A stretch of 63,450 nt of DNA, counting the filler, from Octopus bimaculoides (Eukaryota): the NCBI RefSeq assembly GCF_001194135.2. It is 7 parts of 7 records of this genome, joined end to end, with 100 filler letters (N's around TTAATTAATTAA, not from the genome) between each part and the next. Parts side by side here need not be neighbours in the genome. Positions count along the whole stretch, not along the records: positions 1 to 10,138 come from NC_068983.1; positions 10,239 to 23,899 come from NW_026346229.1; 5 more parts are not named here. One strand, 5' to 3'. Below, in pieces: positions 1 through 12,292 of this stretch. Each line of letters begins with the position of its first letter. Position 1 is the stretch's first letter. The notes under the pieces are model-generated. The model did no database searches, was not told the origin of the DNA, and saw only the letters and a program-made list of their open reading frames with translations. Made by a program: the position numbers and the translations under genes.

Positions 1-470
1 GGGGTCGATCTAATCGACTTAATCCCTTTGTCTGTCCTTGTTTGTCCCCTCTATGTTTATCCCCTTGTGGGCAGTAAAGAAATAAGAAACGTTGGCAATC
101 CGAGCGAAATGCCTAGTGGTATTTCGTGTCTTTACGTTCTGAGTTCAAATTCCGCCGAGGTTGACTTTGCCTTTCATCCTTTCGAGGTCGATAAATTAAG
201 TATCAGTCAAGTACTGGGGTCGACGTAATCGACTATCTCCCTCCCCTCAAATTCCAGGGCTTGTGCCTATATTAGAAAGGAAAAGAAACGTTAGCACGCC
301 AGGCGAAAGCTTAGCGGTACGTTCTTAGTTCAAATTCTACCGAGGTGGATTTTGCTTTTCATCCTTTCGGGGTCGATTAAACAAGAACCAGTTACGCACT
401 GGGTCGATGTAATTGATTTAATCCCTTCCCCCAAATTTGAGAGCTTGTGATTCCAGTAGAAAGGAATATG
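1..470 (+). mobile_element. Three head-to-tail copies of SINE family D (tRNA-like head plus GTCGAC..CCTTTCATCCTTTCGGGGTCGATAAA core)
   Basis: Units at 1-87, 88-284 and 285-470 share gagttcaaattccgccgaggt (B box), the core, and ggggtcgat.taatcgact. Confidence 0.85.
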
Positions 471-689
471 TATGGAACTTACAACTACTGATATAGGTAT
501 CTAACGAATTTAAAATAATGCTGAAAAGGCGGTAATTTCGAAAAAATGTGCTCAGTGGAGCGGTTGCTCCCCTTTTAGCTACGCTTCTGTAGAGAACACA
601 TAAAATTGTTTAAAGTAAACAATAACTCGATACTTCACCCGACAGGGGGAGCCTGCGTTCGCTTCCACGGATTTTATACAGAATACAGA

Positions 690-985
690 CAGGTGCAGTC
701 TGTCGGTTGCGACGACGAGGGTCCCAGCTGATACGTTCAACGGAACAGCCTGCTTTTGAAATTGACGTGCAAGTGACTGAGCAATCCACAGACACGTGTA
801 ACCCTAACGTAGTTCTCAGGGAGACTCAGCGTGACACAGAGCGTGAAAAAGGCCGGCCCTTTGAAAAACAGGTACTACTCATTTTTGCCAGCTGAGTGGA
901 CTAGAGCAACGCGTCGCCGGGAATCGAACTCGCGACCATACGACCGTGAGCCGAATGCCCTAACCACTAAGTCACGCGCCTTCAC
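690..985 (-). mobile_element. SINE family C (different tRNA-like head, shares the SINE-B 3' module)
   Basis: aaggcgcgtgacttagtggttagggc..gagttcgattccc..cagctggcaaaaatgagtagtacctg..cacgtgtctgtgga. Other copies lie at 24410-25090 (-, split by a MITE), 25196-25505 (+) and 36462-36586 (-, head). Confidence 0.8.
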
Positions 986-1389
986 AGAATACAGAGCATA
1001 TACTCAAGGCATCATAAAAAAAGAATGGAAAATTATACATCCCTCCAAAATGTATAATCACAATATATTCACTGAACATTCACGTAGAACTCAATATGAA
1101 TATTCTTAGAATAATTCTGTAATAACAGTTTCTCAGGATGCATAATTCTCCATTCTTTATTATATCTTGNNNNNNNNNNNNNNNNNNNNNNNNNNNNNNN
1201 NNNNNNNNNNNNNNNNNNNNNNNNNNNNNNNNNNNNNNNNNNNNNNNNNNNNNNNNNNNNNNNNNNNNNNNNNNNNNNNNNNNNNNNNNNNNNNNNNNNN
1301 NNNNNNNNNNNNNNNNNNNNNNNNNNNNNNNNNNNNNNNNNNNNNNNNNNNNNNNNNNNNNNNNNNNNNNNNNNNNNNNNNNNNNNNNN

Positions 1390-1445
<56 letters not shown>

Positions 1446-1573
1446 TGTGTGCGTGTGTGTACATGTGTGTGTATGTGTGTGTGCGTGTACACGTATATGT
1501 ATATATATATGTAGACAGATGATAGATGTATAGAAAGATAGATAAATAGACAAATAGACAGATAAATAGATAA

Positions 1574-1637
<64 letters not shown>

Positions 1638-2519
1638 GCATGCGNNNNNNNNNNACATACATACATACATACATATGCATGCGTACATGCTTGCAAGTAT
1701 GCATACATACATGCATACAAACACACATATACATACATACATAGCTGCATACATACATATAAGCATACATACCTACATACACACTTTCATACAAACACAC
1801 ACACATACATACATGCATACATACATATATATATATATACATACATACGCGCATGCATGCATTCAAGCATACATACATGTCACACACATACATACATACA
1901 TACATACACACACGGATAGATCGACCGAATTATAGGTATACAATGTGTAAAAGATTATAAATATTTCACACGAATACACACACACACACACACATTGCAT
2001 ACGCAATATAATTCAAAATACACACATCACACACAGCAAATATGTATACACCACACACATACGCGAAAGATTTTCCATTGAAATATCTAGTATATGGTCC
2101 TTAGACCACAGTGAAACGTCTCAGATGCGAACATGGGTGCTAGTTTTGCGGTTCTCAGTCTTGCAGATCTCAGTTTTGCAGGAGTAGAGAGCTAACAAAG
2201 GCTCAACAGCAACAGCAATAAGAACAACAACGTCATGTATGCTCATATACACGAATACGCAAACATATCCCTTCTATTATTAAACGTACGCATAACAAGT
2301 TTATATGTCCACACGCATACATACACATATATACACACTTGCAGACACAAGTATGAATATGTACACAGATTAACGCATCCGACGTATATATATTGGCATG
2401 CATAATTTGATCATCAACATACTTATTATTGCACACACGCACACACACGGACACACACAGACACAAAGAGATATGTATGGGCATATAGATATAAATAGAG
2501 AGATAAAAAGACAGGGACA

Positions 2520-2990
2520 GACAGATAGACAGGCAGAAAGGCAAATGGATAGATACGCAGACAGACAGACAGATGGCTGTATGGACAGACAGACAGACAG
2601 ACTGACAGATAGATAGATATATAGATAGATAAATAGATAGATAGATAGATAGGCAGACAGACAGACAGACAGACAGACAGATAGTTGGATAAATAAATAG
2701 ATAGATAGGCAGACAGACAGATAGATAGATGGATAGATAGATAAAGATAGATAAATAGATAGATATATGCAGGCAGACAAACAGACAGATAGATAGTTAG
2801 ATAGATAGACAGATAAATATTTAGATAAACAGACAGACAGACAGATAGATAGATAAATAGATATTTTGATAAACAGACAGACAGACAAATAGATAGATAG
2901 ATAGATATTTAGATAGATAGATACATTTCTTTTATTAGCCACACAGGGCTCAACGAAGATGGGACAAATACAATGTAGAGCTTTTCTTTT

Positions 2991-3045
<55 letters not shown>
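2520..3045. repeat. Compound (GATA)n/(GACA)n microsatellite
   Basis: Direct reading. Similar tracts lie at 15215-15460, 25960-26345, 27835-28170 and 62960-63240. Confidence 0.95.
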
Positions 3046-3928
3046 TTCAGAATCGTACAAAAAAACAAAAAAAACAAAAACAAAAGACAACGACAGGTGA
3101 GGGGACAACAAACAAGGCGTATTAGTTTAACGCTCGGGAAAAATAGAAGGGTGTTCGTCGTTTCGNNNNNNNNNNNNNNNNNNNNNNNNNNNNNNNNNNN
3201 NNNNNNNNNNNNNNNNNNNNNNNNNNNNNNNNNNNNNNNNNNNNNNNNNNNNNNNNNNNNNNNNNNNNNNNNNNNNNNNNNNNNNNNNNNNNNNNNNNNN
3301 NNNNNNNNNNNNNNNNNNNNNNNNNNNNNNNNNNNNNNNNNNNNNNNNNNNNNNNNNNNNNNNNNNNNNNNNNNNNNNNNNNNNNNNNNNNNNNNNNNNN
3401 NNNNNNNNNNNNNNNNNNNNNNNNNNNNNNNNNNNNNNNNNNNNNNNNNNNNNNNNNNNNNNNNNNNNNNNNNNNNNNNNNNNNNNNNNNNNNNNNNNNN
3501 NNNNNNNNNNNNNNNNNNNNNNNNNNNNNNNNNNNNNNNNNNNNNNNNNNNNNNNNNNNNNNNNNNNNNNNNNNNNNNNNNNNNNNNNNNNNNNNNNNNN
3601 NNNNNNNNNNNNNNNNNNNNNNNNNNNNNNNNNNNNNNNNNNNNNNNNNNNNNNNNNNNNNNNNNNNNNNNNNNNNNNNNNNNNNNNNNNNNNNNNNNNN
3701 NNNNNNNNNNNNNNNNNNNNNNNNNNNNNNNNNNNNNNNNNNNNNNNNNNNNNNNNNNNNNNNNNNNNNNNNNNNNNNNNNNNNNNNNNNNNNNNNNNNN
3801 NNNNNNNNNNNNNNNNNNNNNNNNNNNNNNNNNNNNNNNNNNNNNNNNNNNNNNNNNNNNNNNNNNNNNNNNNNNNNNNNNNNNNNNNNNNNNATTACGA
3901 GGCCTTACACATACAAACACACACACTC

Positions 3929-3993
<65 letters not shown>

Positions 3994-4005
3994 TTAATAA
4001 TAATA

Positions 4006-4076
<71 letters not shown>

Positions 4077-4761
4077 GTTTGACCACGTTTAAGAATTTGG
4101 ACTGCGAAAATATTGCCGTAAATTTTTTTGCTTTTGCCGCTGCTGGTGTGTGCTCACAACAGTCTTAGCTAACGGAATGAAATCTTGGATTTCTTAGAGT
4201 AAATTTTTTTTTTGGCTGTTTTTAGTTTGTTTATTTTATCCATTTTGTTGTTTTACGCGGTTTTAATTTCTGAGGCGTTAGTTTTAGGTTCGCATAAGTG
4301 TTTAAGGACACAATTTTACTGATTATAACTTGTAAGTTGTAATGTAACACTAGCATTCATACTAAAGTCATTGTTGTTGTTGTTGGTTTGTAGTTGATGA
4401 TGTTTTATAATTGCACAACAGCGAGAAGAGGAAGAGAAACGCCTATGGTGGCACTTTTTAGATGCTCTGTAACTGGTGAGTGGAAGCGAGTAATCAGCTG
4501 AAGAATAAGGGCAGAAGCCATGATTTTATGTTAGGGTCTAATGGAAAGTGAGAAGGGTCTTATGCTGAAACAGGTACTTAGTCCAAATAGTTGCCCCTGA
4601 AACGGACCCCGTTAAAGGCACACAAGCGCCAAGAGTTAGTGTTGCAGTGGTGATGATGGTTGTTGCGGTGGTGACATATCTCATATACATACATATATAG
4701 ATCGCTAGCCACTACACATTCCGTCTTCTTTTTTTTTCTTTCCTTGTTTCTTTCTATGTTC

Positions 4762-4797
4762 TTTTCTGTGGAAGAGCGTAGGCTCGAAACGTTAAAA
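4762..4797 (+). ncRNA. Hammerhead-like motif with non-canonical core (CUGUGGA)
   Basis: UUUU-CUGUGGAA-GAGC(GUAG)GCUC-GAAAC-GUU-AAAA. All three stems are present; A6 is replaced by U. Confidence 0.45.
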
Positions 4798-4873
4798 ACT
4801 TTTTCACTTCCCAAGCGTTGTCTACACCACCTGTCTTCGTCTTTTGTTTCTTTTTGTGAATTCTCTGCCCCCC

Positions 4874-4968
<95 letters not shown>

Positions 4969-4971
<3 letters not shown>

Positions 4972-5095
4972 GGTGTCCACAAAGTCTGGGTACGTGGGGA
5001 TTAACACATACTTTAAGAAATTATTATTTCTTACGTTTAATTGTTTATGTTATGATTTTAATTACTCCATGTAGCCAGACGTTGTGGACACCCTG
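4969..5095. mobile_element. 127-bp Tc1/mariner-type MITE
   Basis: TIRs CAGGGTGTCCACAAAGTCTGGGTAC / GTAGCCAGACGTTGTGGACACCCTG; TA on both sides. Confidence 0.85.
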
Positions 5096-5574
5096 TATAT
5101 ACACACAGAGAGAAAGAGAGTGAGAGAGAGAGAGAGATGGGGGGGGAGAGATAAATAGATAGGTAAATATATGTATGCATATATACCCATACATATAGTG
5201 AAGACATCATAAAGAAGAATTAAAAATTATATGTCATCAAAATTTGTTTATTAGTTTTATTCTCATAAAATTCACATCAGATTCTAATAAGACATGTGTT
5301 TCTCCTGCATAAGTCCTTGATGTCTTTTCATTCAGCATTTATATGCATTTAAGTGGTTCAGTTGCTGTACATATTCAGTGAGAGTAGACATTCCGTTAAG
5401 ACACTTATGCAGTAAAAACACGTGTCTGCTTGGAATGTAATGTGAATTTAATAACACAATGATGAAAAGTAGGTTTCTTACAGTGGCATCCATTTTTTTT
5501 TATGATGTCTTGAATATATCGAGTGAAGTACACTATAATTGTTTATCTTAATTTTATATGTTTCTTATCGTTCA

Positions 5575-6021
5575 ATGTGGTTTGCCAGCTCTGGATTACT
5601 GCTGCCCCCTCTGGTCTCCCCATACAAAACAAAACATCTCGAAAATTAAATCACCCTAGAGGGCACTCACTAAACGAATTAAGGGCACGATGGATCTCGA
5701 TTACTGGGACCACCTTAAAGCCTTGAAACTCTACTCTCTCCAGCGCCGCCGCGAGCGGTATATCATTTGTACGATGTGGAGAATATACCACCAGCAATGC
5801 TCCAACGACTTGAACATTAGCTTCAAGGTTCATCCAAGGCTGGGACCACGGGCCATACGTCCCCTGCCCAATTGAGGATTACAACATACAGGTACACTGC
5901 GACACAATTTCTTTTCCACAACAGGCCCTGACCTGTTTAACATCGTTCCAAAACTGATCAAAGGGGAAAAAGATCCCATCACCTTTAGACGGAGTCTACA
6001 CAAATTTCTTCAAGGAATACT
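5575..6021 (+). mobile_element. CR1/L2/Crack-type LINE, ORF2 C-terminal fragment
   Basis: Reads LDYCCPLWSPH..I..P*RALTKRIKG..LDYWDHLKALKLYSLQRRRERYIICTMW..F..TGPDLFNIVP..FRRSLHKFL, with in-frame stops; truncated by a gap. Confidence 0.85.
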
Positions 6022-6487
6022 NNNNNNNNNNNNNNNNNNNNNNNNNNNNNNNNNNNNNNNNNNNNNNNNNNNNNNNNNNNNNNNNNNNNNNNNNNNNNNN
6101 NNNNNNNNNNNNNNNNNNNNNNNNNNNNNNNNNNNNNNNNNNNNNNNNNNNNNNNNNNNNNNNNNNNNNNNNNNNNNNNNNNNNNNNNNNNNNNNNNNNN
6201 NNNNNNNNNNNNNNNNNNNNNNNNNNNNNNNNNNNNNNNNNNNNNNNNNNNNNNNNNNNNNNNNNNNNNNNNNNNNNNNNNNNNNNNNNNNNNNNNNNNN
6301 NNNNNNNNNNNNNNNNNNNNNNNNNNNNNNNNNNNNNNNNNNNNNNNNNNNNNNNNNNNNNNNNNNNNNNNNNNNNNNNNNNCACACACACACACACACA
6401 CACACGCACACACACGCACACACACACACACACAGGTGGTGTAAACAACAAAAGGATGAATTAGTTTAACGCTCGGGAATAGAGAAA

Positions 6488-6524
6488 GTCTTTAACGTTT
6501 CGAGGTACGCTCTTCAACAGAAAG
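6488..6524 (-). ncRNA. Hammerhead-like motif with non-canonical core (CUGUUGA), same family as 4762-4797
   Basis: CUUU-CUGUUGAA-GAG(CGUAC)CUC-GAAAC-GUU-AAAG. The shared downstream sequence uucccgagcguuaaacuaau is also seen at 3120-3150 (-). Confidence 0.45.
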
Positions 6525-6649
6525 AAATAAGGAGAAAAAGAAGGAGACACACTCATACAGATGGGTGGGTGTGTAGGTGTGTGGGTGTTAGTGTGTATGT
6601 GTGTGTGTGTGTGTACTGAAACATTGGTTCAGTCACAGCGTAAACATGT

Positions 6650-6952
6650 CGAACAAAGTGGGCAGTATTGACCCCCTGAGGAGGGTGGAAAGTTCCAAGG
6701 GGGCATTGAAGAAAAGTGGGACGATGATGGGGTAGCGATTCATGCAAATATTGGGGCAATATAATGGGGTGGCAATTCATGTAAAAACAGCAAAATAATG
6801 AATTCATTATGTTACGTTTTATTTGTGAAAAACAGTTGCTTTGAATTTGCTTTAGAAAGAGGTCTGTTTGTGATGGTTAGTTGAGGCGGGGCAGTAGGAA
6901 TGTGACCTGGGTGTCAAGGGGGAGGCAGCCCGAAAAAGTTTGGGAACCACTG
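6650..6952. mobile_element. hAT-like non-autonomous element, degenerate left end
   Basis: The right terminus AAAAAGTTTGGGAACCACTG is the typical hAT/Charlie CAGTGGTTCCCAAAC end; a left TIR and TSD are not resolved. Confidence 0.45.
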
Positions 6953-7032
6953 GGTTAGACGATCTAAAGTCTATTTTTCAGCATAATCGCAAAGAATTTG
7001 TTTTCTTTTGCCCTTATTTATAACTGTTTATA

Positions 7033-7332
7033 GTGGAGGCGCAATGGACCAGTGGTTAGGGCAGCGGACTCGCGGTCATAGGATCGCGGTTTCGATTCCC
7101 AGACCGCGCGTTGTGAGTGTTTATTGAGCGAAAGCACCTAAAGCTCCACGAGGCTCCGGCAGGGGATGGTGGCGAACCCTGCTGTACTCTTTCACCACAA
7201 CTTTCTCTCACTCATACTTCCTGTTTCTGTTGTGCCTGTTTCTGTTGTGTCTGTAATTCAAAGGGTCAGCCTTGTCACACTGCGTCACGCTGAATATCCC
7301 CGAGACCTACGTTAAGGGTACACGTGTCTGTG
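7033..7332 (+). mobile_element. SINE-B, 3' end lost in a gap
   Basis: Intact head gtggaggcgcaatggaccagtggttagggcagcggactcgcgg. Confidence 0.9.
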
Positions 7333-8551
7333 NNNNNNNNNNNNNNNNNNNNNNNNNNNNNNNNNNNNNNNNNNNNNNNNNNNNNNNNNNNNNNNNNNNN
7401 NNNNNNNNNNNNNNNNNNNNNNNNNNNNNNNNNNNNNNNNNNNNNNNNNNNNNNNNNNNNNNNNNNNNNNNNNNNNNNNNNNNNNNNNNNNNNNNNNNNN
7501 NNNNNNNNNNNNNNNNNNNNNNNNNNNNNNNNNNNNNNNNNNNNNNNNNNNNNNNNNNNNNNNNNNNNNNNNNNNNNNNNNNNNNNNNNNNNNNNNNNNN
7601 NNNNNNNNNNNNNNNNNNNNNNNNNNNNNNNNNNNNNNNNNNNNNNNNNNNNNNNNNNNNNNNNNNNNNNNNNNNNNNNNNNNNNNNNNNNNNNNNNNNN
7701 NNNNNNNNNNNNNNNNNNNNNNNNNNNNNNNNNNNNNNNNNNNNNNNNNNNNNNNNNNNNNNNNNNNNNNNNNNNNNNNNNNNNNNNNNNNNNNNNNNNN
7801 NNNNNNNNNNNNNNNNNNNNNNNNNNNNNNNNNNNNNNNNNNNNNNNNNNNNNNNNNNNNNNNNNNNNNNNNNNNNNNNNNNNNNNNNNNNNNNNNNNNN
7901 NNNNNNNNNNNNNNNNNNNNNNNNNNNNNNNNNNNNNNNNNNNNNNNNNNNNNNNNNNNNNNNNNNNNNNNNNNNNNNNNNNNNNNNNNNNNNNNNNNNN
8001 NNNNNNNNNNATATATATATAGAATATGAGGGGTTTAGTTCACTGGTGATCTAAACGAATAGAAACGCTGGGTAAGTGCTATAATTGGTCTTCCGTTAGG
8101 CTCCAAGTTCACAGCTGAGGCTGGGGCTAGGGATCTGTAGTAGGCGTCCTAATGGAAAAGGACAACAAAAACCAAGACAGGACGAATATCTCAAGTCGTT
8201 TATAATAATTTAGGGTAAGGTGAATTTGAAGAGTTACATCAGAGACAAGGTGAGTATATATGAAGTTTCCAAACAGGGAATTTTGCTGGTTATAAAGAAT
8301 AAAATAGAAGAACAAAGAGCCTAAGTGGAGAGAAGAATACAAGCATACAAGAATTCTACAGTTCTATATTTAAGGGATGAGGAATTATTTACATTATTTA
8401 CATTATTTAAATTTGACGGATATTGTAAATAATGTAAATAATGTAAATAATGTATACAATGTATACAACAATTCTTCTATCTACATATTCTCTTTCTTCT
8501 ATTTTATTCCTTATAAGTAACCTGTCTGAAACTTTCATATATACTTACATT

Positions 8552-8626
8552 GTCGCTGATGACAGAATACCCAGTGTACGGACATCTAGCCTACCACTTG
8601 GGATATCCTAGAAACAGCTGTAAGAC
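8552..8626 (+). ncRNA. Type I hammerhead ribozyme candidate with canonical core
   Basis: GUCG-CUGAUGA (8556-8562), long imperfect stem II (agaauacccag / cuugggauauccu), GAAAC (8611), palindromic stem III ACAGCUGU, GUA cleavage triplet (8620-8622), then AGAC pairing back to GUC. Confidence 0.65.
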
Positions 8627-8710
8627 ATCAAGTTTACCTTACTCTGAATTATTATAAATGACTTGAGATATTCGTCCTGCTTTGCTTTTTGTTGTCCTTT
8701 TCCTCTGATA

Positions 8711-8759
<49 letters not shown>

Positions 8760-9069
8760 CAAATGATATATGAGCATATGCATGTATACATACATATATG
8801 TACATACATACATCTACATGTATATATAGATGTATATCCGGGTACAGGACGTTAAAAAACAAAAAGGAACGGGAACATAAATAAAGCACAAAAAGCGGAC
8901 TTTTTTTTACGGACAACAGAATGAACACATAGGAAAACAGACGAGCCACTAATGGAACTTTTCCTTCATCAGCTGCCTCTATTNNNNNNNNNNNNNNNNN
9001 NNNNNNNNNNNNNNNNNNNNNNNNNNNNNNNNNNNNNNNNNNNNNNNNNNNNNNNNNNNNNNNNNNNNN

Positions 9070-9105
<36 letters not shown>

Positions 9106-9391
9106 CAAATGATATATGAGCATATGCATGTATACATACATATATGTACATACATACATCTACATGTATATATAGATGTATATCCGGGTACAGGACGTTA
9201 AAAAACAAAAAGGAACGGGAACATAAATAAAGCACAAAAAGCGGACTTTTTTTTACGGACAACAGAATGAACACATAGGAAAACAGACGAGCCACTAATG
9301 GAACTTTTCCTTCATCAGCTGCCTCTATTCTAAACTAGGCATGTATGTATGTATATATGTATACACACACACACACACGCGCGAGTATATA

Positions 9392-9522
9392 CAGGGTGAT
9401 TCAAAAGTCGCCATACATAAGAACAATTAATTTTTTTTATAAGAAACAGTCTTTTTTTATTTAACTGTTTCTTATTAAAAAAATTAATTTTTCCTATGTA
9501 TGGTGACTTTTGAATCACCCTG
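9392..9522. mobile_element. 131-bp near-palindromic Tc1/mariner-type MITE
   Basis: TIRs CAGGGTGATTCAAAAGTCGCCATACATA / TATGTATGGTGACTTTTGAATCACCCTG; the interior is also self-complementary; TA TSD. Confidence 0.9.
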
Positions 9523-10238
9523 TATAACGATAATTCTAGGATGGAATTTATAGATATTTAATACATCGCTACGTGCTTTCCCACAAATCACATACTTTCA
9601 ACATCAGAGTCGGTATTCTTGGGATTACTACAGTATAGTCTGTATTATCTGTGGCCATCATTTCATCAGGCGATACTGCATTAGAGGATGAAGCATAGAA
9701 GGATGTTTACCTCTTCTTGCCAGTATGAAGGCCAATCTAGCTACGTGGTTATTTCTGTATGCACTTGGTAGGGGAAGCAGGTGATGAAAGTAGAGGAAGG
9801 AATGGTAATAATATGGGGATGGAGGCGTGTGTGTGCGGTGGTGTTGGCTTTATTTGCTATTCATTCAGCAGATTTTAAAGATGGTCATTTATTCAGCAGG
9901 TTTAAGGATGTTAGTACATTTCTTTGTTCTGTTTCATTCAAGACGTGACTCTCCTCAATAAATTTCGAACCAAACAGGTGGTCAGCATCTATACAGTGGG
10001 GTTTGTTGACCGAATTGATTAATACCACCTCTCTTATAGTGACTTATTCACTGTTTCTGTTGTTACGGTGTGTATCATTTTAAACATTGGTATTTTTGTA
10101 TATATTTTTTATCTCTCTCTCTCTCTCTCTCTCTCTCTNNNNNNNNNNNNNNNNNNNNNNNNNNNNNNNNNNNNNNNNNNNNTTAATTAATTAANNNNNN
10201 NNNNNNNNNNNNNNNNNNNNNNNNNNNNNNNNNNNNNN

Positions 10239-10324
<86 letters not shown>

Positions 10325-10499
10325 TATATATATACACAAACACACACGCACATATATATACATATATATATATATATACATGTTTATATATTTTATACTA
10401 TGTATAATATTTATTAACACAGCAATAAATTAGAGTATAAATGCAGTTAAAAGAAATATTGGTCACACGAAATGCTTGGCTTAGTTCCTGAGTTTTCCA

Positions 10500-10910
10500 T
10501 CAAATGTATTCCTAGATGCACTATGCCTGAATAAAAGATGAGAATGTCTTTGATCACAGGTCTGTCTGGATCAAGATTGACTTGGGGTCAAACAACAACA
10601 ACAACTACAGCCACTGATGCTAACTATTATACTGTACATTAAATAATGTAGTCTTAGATACACTTTTCCTGAATAACAGATGGGGTGGTCACAAAAGGAA
10701 TGTCTTTGATCACAGATCTGTCTGGATCAGGAGTGACCTGGGGCTAAACAACAACAGCAACTATGGCCACTGATGCTAACTATTATACTATACTCTAGAT
10801 GATGTAGTCCTTGATACACTATGCTTGTATTAAAGTTGGAATGATCACAGTTCGAACGTGTTTTATCATAGGTCTACATGGATCAGAACTGACCTGGGGC
10901 TAAACGCCAG
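10500..10910 (+). repeat. Three diverged tandem units with a 156-bp period
   Basis: aatgtctttgatcacag..gacctggggctaaacaacaac recurs at 10543, 10699 and 10855. Confidence 0.85.
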
Positions 10911-10998
10911 AGGCATCAATAACAACAATAAGAAAAAAGCCAGCAGCAGCACTCCACTTACGTGGTTCCTCAACTTAAGTACCTAATTCAAATAAATC

Positions 10999-11070
<72 letters not shown>

Positions 11071-11254
11071 TTCAAAACAATACAAAATGAAACAAGTGAG
11101 GGAACAACCAACAAGTTGTATTAGCATGAATTGTCAGGTAGAAGTTCTTGACGTTTCGGGCCTATGCTCTTCTGCAGGACGGAATGAGGAGAGAAAACAT
11201 GGGGACAAGAGGAAAAAAATGGATAAAAAGAACAAGTGTCTGGATTAATGGTTG

Positions 11255-11368
11255 CACATACATATATACATGCATACATACATACATGCACACATGCATA
11301 CATACATACATACATACATACATACATGCATAGATACATACATATATACATGCATACATACATACATG

Positions 11369-11400
<32 letters not shown>

Positions 11401-11500
11401 CATACATACATACATATATACATACATACATACATACATATATACATACATACATACATATATACATACATACATACATACATATATACATACATAGGTA
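11255..11500. repeat. (TACA)n microsatellite
   Basis: Direct reading; a similar tract lies at 1605-1910. Confidence 0.95.
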
Positions 11501-11895
11501 TGTACCGTCATAGAGGTCAGCTGCCCTGCAGATGTAGATATCTGTTTGAAAATCAAAGAAAAAAGGAGGATATCTATGGACAACTGTTCCGAAACCTCTA
11601 GCTTCTATATCCAGACTATGAATTTATATTCATGCCAATAATAATTGGAGCACTAGGTTTTGTTAGTAAATGCTTAAAGGAATCTGGATAAACTGGGATT
11701 TTCAGAAAGAGAAACTGACCGACTAATTCGTACATTACAAGTGAAATCTGTCAGTGGAACAGTAAAAATATGCAAGACTTTTCTCAAGTTCCAAATGTGG
11801 ATTTGTCTGTGTTAACTACATCCCAAAGATGGAGCTTTGTCTCTTTGTTGGAAACCGGTTCCCGCCTCAGTGGAAGATTTATAATAATTAAAAAA
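11501..11895 (+). mobile_element. R4/Dong-type (restriction-like endonuclease) non-LTR retrotransposon 3' fragment
   Basis: With frameshifts reads CTVIEVSCPADVDICLKIKEK/EDIYGQLFRNL*LLYPDYEFIFMPIIIGALGFVSKCLKE/LDKLGF..SVSGTVKICKTFLKF, followed by a short 3' UTR and a TAA/A-rich end. Confidence 0.8.
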
Positions 11896-11924
11896 TAGAA
11901 GAGACACATACATAGATATATACA

Positions 11925-12292
11925 TATGTTGTTGGCACTCTGTCGCTTACGACGTCGAGGGTTCCAGTTGATCCGATCAACGGAACAGCCTGCTCGTGAA
12001 ATTAACGTGCAAGTGGCTGAGCACTCCACAGACACGTGTACCCTTAACGTAGTTCTCGGGGATATTCAGCGTGACACAGTGTGACAAGGCTGACCCTTTG
12101 AATTACAGGCACAACAGAAACAGGAAGTAAGAGTGTGAGAAAGTTGTGGTGGAAGAGTACAGCAGGGTTCGCCACCATCCCCTGCCGGAGCCTCGTGGAG
12201 CTTTTAGGTGTTTTCGCTCAATAAACACTCACAACGCCCGGTCTGGGAATCGAAACCGCGATCCTATGTCCGCTGCCCTAACCACTGGGCCA
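11925..12292 (-). mobile_element. SINE-B (head remainder repeated at 12657-12703)
   Basis: Reverse complement of 45947-46320. An internally deleted copy lies at 21590-21810 (-). Confidence 0.9.

Noticed and set aside
7033-7110. tRNA-like sequences at SINE heads
   Set aside because: A/B boxes are present, but there is no acceptor stem and they are fused to repeat bodies; they are not tRNA genes.
8706-9330. Apparent direct duplication 8706-8983 / 9070-9330
   Set aside because: Identical copies on either side of a gap indicate an unmerged contig overlap.
10183-10194. TTAATTAATTAA islands inside N runs (also 23944, 29496, 31939, 38596, 47499)
   Set aside because: Each sits in the middle of a 100-nt gap (44 N + 12 + 44 N where counted). 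The 12-mer is palindromic and has stops in all six frames, so it is an assembly spacer, not biology.
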